Assembly (NCBI GenBank): GCA_963786705.1 | Contig: CAWBAG010000027.1 | Coordinates: 1-64,000, forward strand | Reading direction: 5' to 3' | Origin: an uncultured Gammaproteobacteria bacterium | Lineage (GTDB): Bacteria > Pseudomonadota > Gammaproteobacteria > Steroidobacterales > Steroidobacteraceae | DNA length: 64,000 bases | Position numbers and translations under genes: made by a program | The notes under the pieces: model-generated | Told to the model about the DNA's origin: nothing | What the model saw: only the letters and a program-made list of their open reading frames with translations | Database searches by the model: none | Shown here: in pieces, positions 53,554 through 63,955 of the stretch | Numbering within the stretch: the first letter of the stretch is position 1 | Layout of the letters: every line of letters begins with the position of its first letter

Positions 53554-53672
53554 AGTGCAGAAACTGTAGCAGATATTTTCCGGATGGAAGCGCTCGATAC
53601 GAATGCGAAGCGTTTTGCAGCGCAGCGAAATTCCGCCTGCGCACGCGGGCTCGCCGCGCCTCGCCAGCGACG

Positions 53673-54503
53673 TCAGCGATTGCGGCGACCGGCGATGACG
53701 ATGGCTGCGGCCAGCATGCCGAGCACCATCAGGGCGGGAACTGCAGCCGCGAACACGGAATAGTCGAAACGATAGCGTCCCGATGCGGGGTCGTAGACCG
53801 AGCAGTACAACCTCACCCGCTCGATGAGGCCTCGCACGGAGGGGCGTTCGAGGCTGCGACCGAGCAGCAGCCTCCTGAGCGGTTCGACCAGTTCCGGCGG
53901 CGCGAATTCCGGCCCGTAGACCTGCTGCGCCACCTTGCCGTCGGCGTCGAGCACCGTCACCTGCGCGACGTGATCGAAGCCGCCGGGCGTCGCGACCCAC
54001 GTGAACCCGACGTCGTCTGCGAGGCCGCGCACCGTGGCCGCATCCGCGCTCGCGAAGTACCAGTCCGGGTCGTCGATGCCGCGGTCGCGCCCGTACGACC
54101 GCATGCGCTCGGGCGTGTCGTGCTCCGTGTCGAAGCCGACCGTGAGCACGGCGAAGCTGCGTGCACCGAGCGCCTCACGCGCCGTCCGCACGACCTCGCG
54201 CAGGTGCAGCGTCGAGCCCGAGCAGATGCTGTAGCAGTTGGTATAGACGAGGCTCAGCACCACCGGACGTCCCCGCAGCTCCGCGAGGCTGAGTGGCCGC
54301 CCGTCCTGGCCGGTGAATGCGTGGTCGCGCGCGACCCGTCCGATCGCCGCCTGGCTCGTGCGCAGCGCCGCGGCATCGGCGTCGTTGGTTCCGGCCAGCG
54401 CCGCGCCGCCGTGCGCGGCGAGCAGCGCCGCGAGGCCCGCGCCGCAGACGATGCGGGCCCGCCGCGTCGCAGGTGCCGGCACCGCTTGCGGCGCCCCCGT
54501 CAC
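53673..54503 (-). CDS. sco: SCO1/SenC copper chaperone (copy 2)
   Basis: A signal peptide, the CxxxC region VVLSLVYTNCYSICS and a C-terminal TM are present. The GTG start forms a GTGA overlap with the spoT stop. Confidence 0.75.
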   Translation of the reverse strand: MTGAPQAVPAPATRRARIVCGAGLAALLAAHGGAALAGTNDADAAALRTSQAAIGRVARDHAFTGQDGRPLSLAELRGRPVVLSLVYTNCYSICSGSTLHLREVVRTAREALGARSFAVLTVGFDTEHDTPERMRSYGRDRGIDDPDWYFASADAATVRGLADDVGFTWVATPGGFDHVAQVTVLDADGKVAQQVYGPEFAPPELVEPLRRLLLGRSLERPSVRGLIERVRLYCSVYDPASGRYRFDYSVFAAAVPALMVLGMLAAAIVIAGRRNR

Positions 54504-56656
54504 GCGAGTGTCCGCGACACCTTGAGTACTTCGGGCATCGCGCGCACGGCCCGGATCACGCTTGCGAGCTGCTTGCGGTCGTGCACGTGCAACTCGAAGA
54601 TCAGTGTCGACGTGTCGAGGTCGCGTTCGACGACGGACACCCGGTCGATGTTGGTCTGCGTGCCGGCGATGGCGGAGGCGACCGAGGCCAGCACCCCCAT
54701 GCGGTTGGTCACGTCCACGCGGATCTCGACGTGGAACAGCCGGTCGGTCGCGGGTTGCCAGGTGACCGGGATCCACTTCTCGGGTTGCTTGCGGAAGGAC
54801 GAGAGGTTGCCGCAGGCCTCGCGGTGGATCACGACGCCGCGCCCGCTCGAGAGGCTCGCGAGGATCGGGTCGTTCGGAATCGGGAAGCAGCAGCGCGCAT
54901 AGGTGACGACGAGCCCTTCGGTGCCGGCGATCGCGAGCGGGCCGGCGGTGCCTTCGGCGACCGCCTCGGCGTCCGCGGGCAGCAGGCGTCGCGCGATGAA
55001 CGGCGCAACGCGCTCGCCGAGGCCGATCTTCTCGTAGAGCTCGTCGGGTGTGCGCAGGCCGAGCTCCGCCACGACGCCGGCGATCGATTCGGCGGGAATC
55101 TTGCGCAGCGTCAGTGCGAATTCCTCGAGCGCCTGGTTCAGCAGCCGCTTGCCGAGCTCCACCGCCTCGCCGCGCTTCAGGTTCTTCAGGTACTGGCGGA
55201 TCGAGGCCCGCGCCTTCGCGGTGACGACGAAATTGACCCACGCGGGATTCGGCGTGGCGCCCTTCGCCGTGATGATCTCGACGGTCTGGCCGTTGCGCAG
55301 CGGGGTGCGCAGCGGCACCAGGCGCCTGTCGACCTTGGCGGCCACGCACCGGTTGCCCACGTCCGTGTGCACGGCATATGCGAAGTCGACGCACGTCGAC
55401 CCGCGCGGCAGGCGCCGGATCTCGCCCTTGGGCGTGAACACGTACACCTTGTCCGGGAACAGGTCGACCTTGACGCTCTCGAGGAATTCCTCGGGGTTGC
55501 CGCCCTGCTGGATGTCCACCAGCTGCTGCAGCCACTCGCGCGCGCGATCGCTCTGCGCGCCCGCGTCGGTACGGCCGCCTTCCTTGTACTGCCAGTGGGC
55601 GGCGATGCCGGACTCCGCGACCCGGTGCATGTCCTCGGTCCGGATCTGCACCTCGATCGGCGTGCCGTTCGGCCCGAACAGCGTCGTGTGCAGCGACTGG
55701 TAGCCGTTCACGCGCGGGATCGCGATGTAGTCCTTGAAGCGGCCGGGCATCGGCTTGAAGACCGAGTGCACGACGCCGATCGCGCGGTAGCAGGTGTCGG
55801 CCTTGTCCACGACGATGCGGAAGCCGTAGACGTCCACGATCTCGTTCAGCGAGACCTTCTTGCGGCGCATCTTCTGGTAGATGCTGTACGCGTCCTTTTC
55901 ACGGCCCTCGATGCGGGCGGCGATCCCGGCGCGCTCGAGCGCCTCGAGCAGCGAGGCCGCGATCCGCCCGACGAACTGCTTCTGGTTGCCCTTCGCGGTC
56001 TTGACCGCCGTCTCGATCACCTTGTAGCGCCGCGGATAGAGCGCGCGGAAGCCCAGGTCCTCGAGCTCGCGCTTGATCGAGTGCATGCCGAGCCGGTTCG
56101 CGATCGGCGCGTAGATGTCGAGCGTCTCGCGCGCGATCGTGCGCCGCTTGGCCGGCGGCATCGCGCCGAGCGTGCGCATGTTGTGCGTGCGGTCGGCCAG
56201 CTTGACCATGATCACGCGGATGTCGCGGACCATGGCCAGCAGCATCTTGCGGAAGCTCTCCGCCTGCGCCTCGGCGCGGCTGCGGAACTGGATCTGGTCG
56301 AGCTTGCTGACGCCGTCCACGAGCTCGGCGACCTCGTGGCCGAACCGTCCTGTGATCTCGTCCTTGGTGTTCGGCGTGTCCTCCATGACGTCGTGGAGGA
56401 TCGCGGCGATCAGCGTCTGGGAATCGAGCTTGAGGTCCGCAAGCAGGTCGGCGACCGCGACCGGATGCGTGATGTACGGCTCGCCGGACCGGCGCCGCTG
56501 GCCGTCATGGGCCTGGAACGCGAAATCGTAGGCTTCCTGGACCAGCTCGACCTGTTCGGGCGGCAGGTAGGTCTCCAGCTTCGCGACGAGCTGGTTGATC
56601 CCTATGGAGCGTCTTCCGTAGGGCAGCAGGCTGCGCAGGGAAGACGTGACGTCCAC
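54500..56656 (-). CDS. spoT: bifunctional (p)ppGpp synthetase/hydrolase SpoT/RelA
   Basis: An intact 718-aa product with HD, synthetase, TGS and ACT regions. Confidence 0.9.
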   Translation of the reverse strand: MDVTSSLRSLLPYGRRSIGINQLVAKLETYLPPEQVELVQEAYDFAFQAHDGQRRRSGEPYITHPVAVADLLADLKLDSQTLIAAILHDVMEDTPNTKDEITGRFGHEVAELVDGVSKLDQIQFRSRAEAQAESFRKMLLAMVRDIRVIMVKLADRTHNMRTLGAMPPAKRRTIARETLDIYAPIANRLGMHSIKRELEDLGFRALYPRRYKVIETAVKTAKGNQKQFVGRIAASLLEALERAGIAARIEGREKDAYSIYQKMRRKKVSLNEIVDVYGFRIVVDKADTCYRAIGVVHSVFKPMPGRFKDYIAIPRVNGYQSLHTTLFGPNGTPIEVQIRTEDMHRVAESGIAAHWQYKEGGRTDAGAQSDRAREWLQQLVDIQQGGNPEEFLESVKVDLFPDKVYVFTPKGEIRRLPRGSTCVDFAYAVHTDVGNRCVAAKVDRRLVPLRTPLRNGQTVEIITAKGATPNPAWVNFVVTAKARASIRQYLKNLKRGEAVELGKRLLNQALEEFALTLRKIPAESIAGVVAELGLRTPDELYEKIGLGERVAPFIARRLLPADAEAVAEGTAGPLAIAGTEGLVVTYARCCFPIPNDPILASLSSGRGVVIHREACGNLSSFRKQPEKWIPVTWQPATDRLFHVEIRVDVTNRMGVLASVASAIAGTQTNIDRVSVVERDLDTSTLIFELHVHDRKQLASVIRAVRAMPEVLKVSRTLA

Positions 56657-56676
56657 GGGTCAGGCCGGTCGGTCGG

Positions 56677-56961
56677 TCAGTCCCCCAACCCGATCTGCGG
56701 CGCGCGGAACTCGCCCATGAACTCGGGCTCGGGGAGGATTTCAGGCGGCGGTGGCGGCAGGTCCGGCTCGTCGAGGATCTCGACGCCGACGTGGCCGGCC
56801 GCGATCTCGCGCAACGACAGCACGGTGACCTTGTCGTTTTCCCAGTCGAGGGTGGCCTCGGCGCCGTTCGCGAGCTTGCGCGCACGACGGGACGCGACCA
56901 GCACGAGCTGGAACAGGTTCGGGACGTTCTGCAGGCAATCTTCGACGGTGATGCGGGCCAT
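56677..56961 (-). CDS. rpoZ: RNA polymerase omega subunit
   Basis: The product begins [30 protein letters not shown]. Confidence 0.9.
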   Translation of the reverse strand: MARITVEDCLQNVPNLFQLVLVASRRARKLANGAEATLDWENDKVTVLSLREIAAGHVGVEILDEPDLPPPPPEILPEPEFMGEFRAPQIGLGD

Positions 56962-57236
56962 GTGCGGTCAATCTTGCGGGGACGAGGGGGCGAGGATAGC
57001 ACGCGAGCTCGAGAATGCGACGTAACCGCCAGACGCGTCCCGGGAAGTCGCGTCCAATCCGGTCATGCTCTGGACTCAGCGATCGGACCATCCGTTGCCA
57101 CTGGAATTTAACAGAATTCCGAGTGCGACGCTTGTCACAGAAACAATCTGGTGGCCCGCTTCGCCGCGCCGCCGATGCTAACGTCCAACGAAAATAAGCA
57201 CCGGCACTCGCTCACCAACCACTTGGAACAGCATCA

Positions 57237-57644
57237 ATGCCCGCCCCGCCCAGGCTGAAATTCAGCAGCGGATTCTCGCTGATCGAACTCATGATCGTAG
57301 TCGCGATCATGGCGATACTGGCGTCGATCGCATTGCCGGCCTACCGCGAATACGTGCGGCGTGGCGCGGTGGAAGAAGCCACGGCGGCGCTCGGCACGGG
57401 CCGCGTCGTGGTCGAGCAGTTCTTCCTCGACAACCGCACCTACGACGGCGCGACCTGCCCGCCGTCCACGGACTATTTCGCGATCACCTGCGAGTTGGAC
57501 CCCACCACCTACACGCTCACGGCGACCGGGTCGGGCACGATGGCCGGGTTCGTCTACACGCTGGACGAATCCGACACGCGCACGACGGCGGGTCCCTGGG
57601 GTGCGGGCAACTGCTGGATTCCGCGCAAGGGCGGCACATGCTGA
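57237..57644 (+). CDS. pilE: type IV pilin (PilE-like minor pilin) with a prepilin leader
   Basis: The leader is followed by the GFSLIELMIVVAIMAILASIALPAY N-methyl-Phe motif. Confidence 0.75.
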   Translation: MPAPPRLKFSSGFSLIELMIVVAIMAILASIALPAYREYVRRGAVEEATAALGTGRVVVEQFFLDNRTYDGATCPPSTDYFAITCELDPTTYTLTATGSGTMAGFVYTLDESDTRTTAGPWGAGNCWIPRKGGTC

Positions 57645-58165
57645 CCGGCGCGCGCAACGGCTACACGCTGGTCGAGGTCATGGTCACGCTGGCGATCTTC
57701 GCCATGCTGCTCGCGATGGGCGTGCCCTCGATGCGCGGCTTCCTCGAGAACGGGCGCATTCGCGCCGCGGGCGAGGCGTGGAAATACGGGCTGACGCTCG
57801 CGCGCAACGAGGCCGTGCGCCTCAACGCGCAGGTCGAGTTCGTGGCCGACGACACTGGCTGGCAGGTCCGGCGTGTTGCGGACGGCACCGTCCTGCATCG
57901 CGGCACCGGACGGGAGGGTCCCACGGACCTGACGTTCACGATGGATCCCGAGGACTCGGATCGCGTCACGTTCGACGCGTTCGGCCGCACGGTCACGACC
58001 AACCCCTCGGACGGCACGATGCCCCTGGTCCAGGTGGACATCGCCTCGGCCCGGCCCCCGGGCACGCTCAATTACCAGCCGCTCAGGCTCCAGTTGCTCG
58101 CAGGTGGCCTCACGCGCCTCTGCAATCCTGCGGCCGATGCCGACGATCCGAGGGCCTGCCTGTGA
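57638..58165 (+). CDS. fimT: FimT/FimU (GspH-like) minor pilin
   Basis: GYTLVEVMVTLAIFAML is present. There is an ATGCTGA overlap with the upstream gene. Confidence 0.75.
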   Translation: MLTGARNGYTLVEVMVTLAIFAMLLAMGVPSMRGFLENGRIRAAGEAWKYGLTLARNEAVRLNAQVEFVADDTGWQVRRVADGTVLHRGTGREGPTDLTFTMDPEDSDRVTFDAFGRTVTTNPSDGTMPLVQVDIASARPPGTLNYQPLRLQLLAGGLTRLCNPAADADDPRACL

Positions 58166-58536
58166 AGCTTCCCACGCGCACGGCGCGCACCCAGCGCGGT
58201 TCCGCGATGATCGAGGTGCTGATCTCGGTGCTGCTGCTGTCCGTCGGCGTGCTGGGCCTGGTGCGGGTGCTCGGCGTCGCGGTCGAGGACGCGGGCGAAG
58301 TCGAATACCGGGCGATCGCCGCAACGATCGCGGATGAGACGATCGGGCGCATGTGGGTCGACCGCGCGAATCTCGCCGACTACGTCGAGACCGATGCCGC
58401 CCTGGCGCAGCTGCCCGCGGGCACCCGCACGGTCACCGTGGCCGGCAACGTCGTCAACGTCACCATCAACTGGCAACCCCCCGGCGAGGACGACGTGCGC
58501 GCGCACGTGGTCGCCGCAACGCTCGCGAGCAACTGA
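58162..58536 (+). CDS. pilV: minor pilin PilV
   Basis: The GTG start forms a GTGA overlap. GSAMIEVLISVLLLSVGVLGL is present. Confidence 0.7.
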   Translation: MKLPTRTARTQRGSAMIEVLISVLLLSVGVLGLVRVLGVAVEDAGEVEYRAIAATIADETIGRMWVDRANLADYVETDAALAQLPAGTRTVTVAGNVVNVTINWQPPGEDDVRAHVVAATLASN

Positions 58537-59642
58537 TGCAGCGTCACCCATACCGCGGCTTCTCCCTCGTCGAGCTGATGGTCGCCGTCGTGCTGGCGAT
58601 GGTCACGGTCCTCGTCGTGATCCAGGTGCTGTCCGTGTTCGAGGCACGCAGGCGCACGACGACCGTCGGCAACGACGCGGAACTCGCGGCCGCGGTCGGG
58701 CTGTTCACGATCGAGCGCGATGTGCGCATGTCCGCCGCGGGGCTCACGATGCCGAGCGGCCTCACGTGCGCGGCCGGCATCAACATCTACTTCGACGGCA
58801 CCACGATCTCGGACGGGGTCAACCTCGCGCCGGTGGAAATCGTCGACGGCGACACGGCACCCGACACGTTGCGGGTGCTGCGCAGCGACTCGAATTTCGG
58901 CATCGCGCCCGCCACGGTCATCAAGGCCATGGGGACGTCGTCCGCGGACGTGACGATCGCGGGCGGCGCCGGTCTGCGCGACAGCGACCTGCTGATCGCC
59001 GGCGGGGCCGACGGCACCAAGGTCTGCACCCTCATGCAGATGACCGCGGACGCGGATGCGACCGGCACGGGCTGGGACCTGAGCCACGACTCGGGCGGCT
59101 CCCTGTACAACCCGCCCGATCCCGATGCCGCATTCACGAACTCGGTCCGCTACGACGTCGGCGACATCGTGATCAACCTCGGCCAGTTCGGCATGCGCAC
59201 GTTCGGCGTCGTCTGCAACGACGGCGGCGCGCCGGCGGACGACAATTCCTGCGACCTCGTCGGCTACAACCCGTTGACGACGCCGGTGGCGCCGACACTC
59301 GCCGACGTCGAGTCGATCGTGCCGCAGGTCGTCGACTTCCAGGTCCAGTACGGCGTGGCGCCCGTGGCCAGCCAGGAAGTCGACTCCTGGGTCGACGCGA
59401 CGGGCGCCACGTGGGCGGCGCCGACCGCGGCGAACGCATCGCGCATCAAGGCGGTGCGGATCGCGATCCTCACGCGCGGCCAGCGCGAGCCGGTCATGGT
59501 GAGCCCGGCCAGCATCGTGCTCTGGGACGCCGGGCAGCCGACCGAGCGCGTGCGCGCCCTCTCCGACGAGGAGCGCCGCTATCGCTACCGGGTGCTCACC
59601 GTGGTCGTGCCGCTCATCAACGTGATCTGGGCGGGTGTATGA
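58536..59642 (+). CDS. pilW: minor pilin assembly protein PilW
   Basis: GFSLVELMVAVVLAMVTVLVV is present. There is a TGATG overlap with pilV. Confidence 0.7.
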   Translation: MQRHPYRGFSLVELMVAVVLAMVTVLVVIQVLSVFEARRRTTTVGNDAELAAAVGLFTIERDVRMSAAGLTMPSGLTCAAGINIYFDGTTISDGVNLAPVEIVDGDTAPDTLRVLRSDSNFGIAPATVIKAMGTSSADVTIAGGAGLRDSDLLIAGGADGTKVCTLMQMTADADATGTGWDLSHDSGGSLYNPPDPDAAFTNSVRYDVGDIVINLGQFGMRTFGVVCNDGGAPADDNSCDLVGYNPLTTPVAPTLADVESIVPQVVDFQVQYGVAPVASQEVDSWVDATGATWAAPTAANASRIKAVRIAILTRGQREPVMVSPASIVLWDAGQPTERVRALSDEERRYRYRVLTVVVPLINVIWAGV

Positions 59643-60304
59643 ACCGGAATATCGATCGAGCAGTGCAGGCGACACGGCAGGGCGGCCTGTCGCTGATCAT
59701 CGTGCTCGTGGCGTTGCTCGTCATCAGTTTCGCGGCGGTCGCGCTGCTGCGTTCGAGCGATACCAGCACGCTCGTCGCCGGCAACCTGGCGTTCCAGAAG
59801 GCGGCCCTCGCGGCCGGCGATGCGGGCACCGAGGAAGCGATCGACTGGCTGTCCGCGAACGCGGCCGACGGCACGTTGTTCGACGACGACGCGGCCAGCG
59901 GTTACTTCGCGACGACCACCGACAATTGCGACCTGACGGGCTCCGGCACGCCGAACGACGACGATGACGACGTCGACTGGGAAGGCTCCGACCCCGGTGA
60001 CGACTGCAACCTCGAGGCGCTCACGGTCACGCCGGACGGCGTCGCCGACGGCTACACGCTGAGCTACGTGATCAACCGGGTCTGCAATTCCGAGGGCGAC
60101 CCGAATGCCATCACGGGCGCCGGCGGCGCGCCGATGGCGTGCTCGCGCGCGGGCGGCGGCGCGAGCGAAGGCAGCACTCGCGGCGGCGGTTCCTACGGCA
60201 ACATTCCCCTGACGGCCGAATCCCAGACCTATTACCGAATCACCACGAGGATCGCCGGACCACGCAATACGGTCCGGTACGTCCAGGCTTTCGTGGTCAT
60301 CTGA
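59639..60304 (+). CDS. pilX: minor pilin PilX
   Basis: GLSLIIVLVALLVISFAAV is present. There is an ATGA overlap with pilW. Confidence 0.65.
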   Translation: MNRNIDRAVQATRQGGLSLIIVLVALLVISFAAVALLRSSDTSTLVAGNLAFQKAALAAGDAGTEEAIDWLSANAADGTLFDDDAASGYFATTTDNCDLTGSGTPNDDDDDVDWEGSDPGDDCNLEALTVTPDGVADGYTLSYVINRVCNSEGDPNAITGAGGAPMACSRAGGGASEGSTRGGGSYGNIPLTAESQTYYRITTRIAGPRNTVRYVQAFVVI

Positions 60305-60314
60305 GGTGGCGACG

Positions 60315-63300
60315 ATGCGCATGAAGACACTGGTTCCGATCACGGTCCTGACGCTGGCCGCATGGCTCGTGAGCCTGCCCGCCACGTCGGCGGACGTCGA
60401 TCTCGCGAGTGGCCCGCTCGTCACCGGCATCAGCAAGCTCGTGCCGCCGAACGTGTTCTTCATCTTCGACGACTCGTCGAGCATGAACTGGGACTACATG
60501 CCGGACTCGGTCGACGACCACGACGACGACAACTGCTTCAAGAACTTCGGCTACAACACGATCTACTACAACCCTTCGATCACCTACAGGGTGCCGAAGA
60601 ACTCGAACGGCACCGACTTCCTGGCCTCGAACACTTCGTACACCGCCGCGAAGGTGAACGGGTTCAGCTCCAGTTCGTCGACGACCGACCTCTCCGACAC
60701 GACGTCGCAGTCGGTCACGACGTCCGTCTCCATCACGCTCGGCAACAATCCGTTCACGACGACGAACGGCAGCCGCAACGTGACCGTCACCCACACCGCG
60801 CACGGCCTCGCCGACGGCACCCGGGTCACCTTCTCCGGCGTGCCCTAATTTCAACGGCATCTCGATCAGCGGCAACTACAACATCACGTATCTCAGCGCG
60901 AACACCTACCGGATCCGCGTCGGCAACAACGCGAACCGCAACGGCAGCGGCGGCGGCGCCAACGTCAGGGTGCAGTGGAACGTCACGACCACCACCGCAG
61001 TCGCGGATTACGGCTGGTACGAGTACACGGGCGATCCCGCTTCGCCGCCGAAAACCTGCGAAGCGGACTCCGAGTACAACTGGCGCTCTCCCTCGACCGC
61101 GGCCGAGCGGTTGAATTTCACGAACTGGTACAGCTACTACCGCACGCGCCTCCTGATGATGAAGTCGGCGACCGGCCGCGCGTTCGCGAGCGTCGACGAC
61201 AAGTTCCGCGTCGGTTACACGGTGATCAGCGAGACGGGGACCAACAGTTCGGGGTTCCTCAAGATCTCGACGTTCGACTCGACGCACAAGGTCGTCCTGG
61301 TACTCGAAACTGTACGGCTCCGGCTGTCCCTCCGGCACCTGCTATACGCCTTTGCGCGGCGCGCTCTCGAAGGCCGGGCGCCTCTATGCCGGCACGCTGG
61401 TGACGGGCAATGACGACCCCGTGCAGTACTCCTGCCAGCAGAACTTCACGATCCTGACGACCGACGGCTACTGGAACACGTCGGACGAGTCGAGCACCTA
61501 CATCGCGAAGCGCGAGGACAATGTCACGGACGTCGGCGACCAGGACGGCGTGACGGGCACGCTGCGCCCCTACCTCGATGCGCTTGCGAAGCCCAATTCG
61601 CTCGCGGACATCGCGATGTACTACTACAAGTCCGACCTGCGCGGCACGGGTTCGATCGGCGGCCTGACCGACGACGGCGAGCGCCTCGACGTGTCGACGA
61701 ACAACGTGCCGGTGGCGGGCACGGATGACGCCGAGCACCAGCACATGACCACGTTCACGCTCGGCCTGGGCGTCGACGGCGTACTGGGTTACGACGAGGA
61801 TTACCTGAACGGCGGCTCCGCCGACTACGAGTCGATCCGCAACGGCACCGGCAGGAACTGGCCGGATCCGCTGACGTCGCCGCTCTCGACGAGCAGCACG
61901 GTCACGGCGCGCATCGACGACCTCTGGCACGCGGCAGTGAACGGCCGCGGCCAGTACCTGAGCGCCGCCAATCCCGACATGCTCGTCGAGTCGCTCGAGA
62001 AGACGCTGGCCGCGATCTCGGTCAAGAACGCCTCGGCCGCCGCGGCCGCGACGAGCAGCCTCGAGCCGGTCGCCGGCGACAAGGCCGCGTTCGTCGCCCA
62101 GTACACCACGGGCCTCTGGTACGGCGACCTCCAGTCGCGCGATATCGACCTGGAGGACGGCTCGCTGTCCGACACGGTGCAACTGGTCTGCCCAGTCGCA
62201 GTTGAATACGAAAGGTGTCCGATTCGTCCGACTCGCGCGCGATCTACACGTTCAGCGCGTCGGCGACGGGCAAGCTGAAGGCCTTCGACTCGACGAACCT
62301 CGCCACCGAAATCGCGGCCGGGTATTTCAAGTCGAGCAGCGCGAACCCCGGCGGCGCGCTCCTGCAGTACGGCACGTGGACGGCCGGCCAGAGGACCGCG
62401 GCGACCGACGACGCGATGATCACGTTCCTGCGCGGCCAGAGCGGCTCCGAGGACGAGGTGTCGAACACCAACCGCCTGTTCCGTGACCGCACGTTCGCGC
62501 TCGGCGACATCGTCAACGCGACGCCCGTGTTCGTGAAGAAGCCGCCGTTCAAGTATGCGGATGCGGGTTACGCCACGTTCGTGAGCGACAACCTCGACCG
62601 CGAAGGCACCGTGTACGCCGGCGCGAACGACGGCATGCTGCACGCGTTCGACGCCGAGACGCGGCGAGGAGCGCTGGGCCTACATCCCGAGCGCCGTGAT
62701 CCCCAACCTCTACAAGCTCGCGGACGCCGGCTACGCGACCAACCACCGGTTCTACGTGGACGGCCCGATCACGGTCGGCGACGCCTACAGCGGCTCGGCC
62801 TGGAAGACGGTCCTGGTCGGCGCGCTCGGCAGCGGCGGCAAGGCGTTCTACGCGCTCGACGTGACGGATCCGGACAGTCCGAAGGCGCTGTGGGAATTCG
62901 GCGTCGCCGAGGACGTCGACATGGGCTACAGCTTCGGCAACGCGATCCTCACCAAGCGACTCTCCGACGGCAAGTGGGTCGTGCTCTTCGCGTCCGGCTA
63001 CAACAACACGACCGGCGACTCGAAAGGCCGCCTGTATGTCCTCGACGCGTTCACCGGCGCCAAGCTGAACGAGATCATCACCGACAACGCCGTGACGAAC
63101 CCCGACGTCAGCGGCATCGCCAAGATCAACAACTGGGTGCTGAGCACGCTGGTGGAGAACTCGACGCAGTACGTCTACGGCGGCGACCTGGGCGGCTCGG
63201 TCTGGCGCTTCGACCTGACCGCGAATTCGTCGCAGCGCATCGGCCGGACCGCAGGGGCCGCGGGCGACCAGCCCATCACGGTGCGGCCCGAGCTGGCCCG

Positions 63301-63913
63301 CGTGCGCGACGGCACGGGTGTCTATCACCGCGTGGTCTACTTCGCGACCGGCCGGTTCCTGGGGCTCGGCGACCTCGCTCCCACCTCGACCTCGAGCACG
63401 GAGGCCCAGGCGATCTATGGCTTGAAGGACACCGGAACGGACCTGGGCGACCTGACCGCCACCGGCGCGGAACTCGTGGGCCAGGCCCTCGATACCAGCA
63501 CCAATCCGCGGACGATCCCGAATCCGATGCCGGTGGACTGGCAGTCGAAGAACGGCTGGTACCTCAACCTGCCGGTCGGCGAGCGCGTCAACGTCGACCT
63601 GCGCCTGCAGCTCGGCACGCTCGTGGCCGTGGCCAACGAGCCCGACGACGACTACTGCTACGTCGGCGGCAGGAGCTGGCTCTACGCGGTCGATTACAAG
63701 ACGGGCGCCGCGATCATCGGGCTGCAGCCCAAGGAAGTCGGGTTCCCGGTCGGTGGTTCGATCGCGACCGGCGTCACGCTGATCCGGTTGCCGACCAACA
63801 AGGTCATCGCGATCGTCACGCAGGCCGACACGACCGTGAAGGCCATGAGCATCCCCGTGGCGCCCGGCACCTCGGCCGGAGTGCGACGCGTCGGCTGGCG
63901 CGAAATCCGTTAG
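60315..63913 (+). CDS. pilY1: PilY1-like tip adhesin (N-terminal vWA-like region, C-terminal beta-propeller), at least 4 frame changes
   Basis: The four pieces are ORFs 60306..60848, 60970..61413, 61352..62278 and 62696..63913, plus an unlisted frame-1 stretch at about 62215-62690. Changes are visible at about 60846 (extra T in CCCTAATTTC), 61290, 62215 and 62660. The N-terminus contains NVFFIFDDSSSMNWDYMPD. Confidence 0.7.
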
Positions 63914-63936
63914 CCTGCCGCGGCGGGCAGCGACGG

Positions 63937-63955
63937 GCCGAGCGATGCGCTCGGC
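63937..63955 (+). terminator. GC hairpin GCCGAGCG-atg-CGCTCGGC 24 nt downstream of the pilY1 stop (no U-tract)
   Basis: A perfect 8-bp inverted repeat is visible in the sequence. Confidence 0.3.

Noticed and set aside
54317-57025. 902-aa plus-strand ORF
   Set aside because: It is antisense to spoT and rpoZ and has no recognisable domains.
56962-57236. Sigma-54 promoter or gmk gene upstream of rpoZ and the pilin
   Set aside because: There is no ORF resembling guanylate kinase and no TGGCAC-N5-TTGC match. Only a short palindrome was found, which is reported as a finding.
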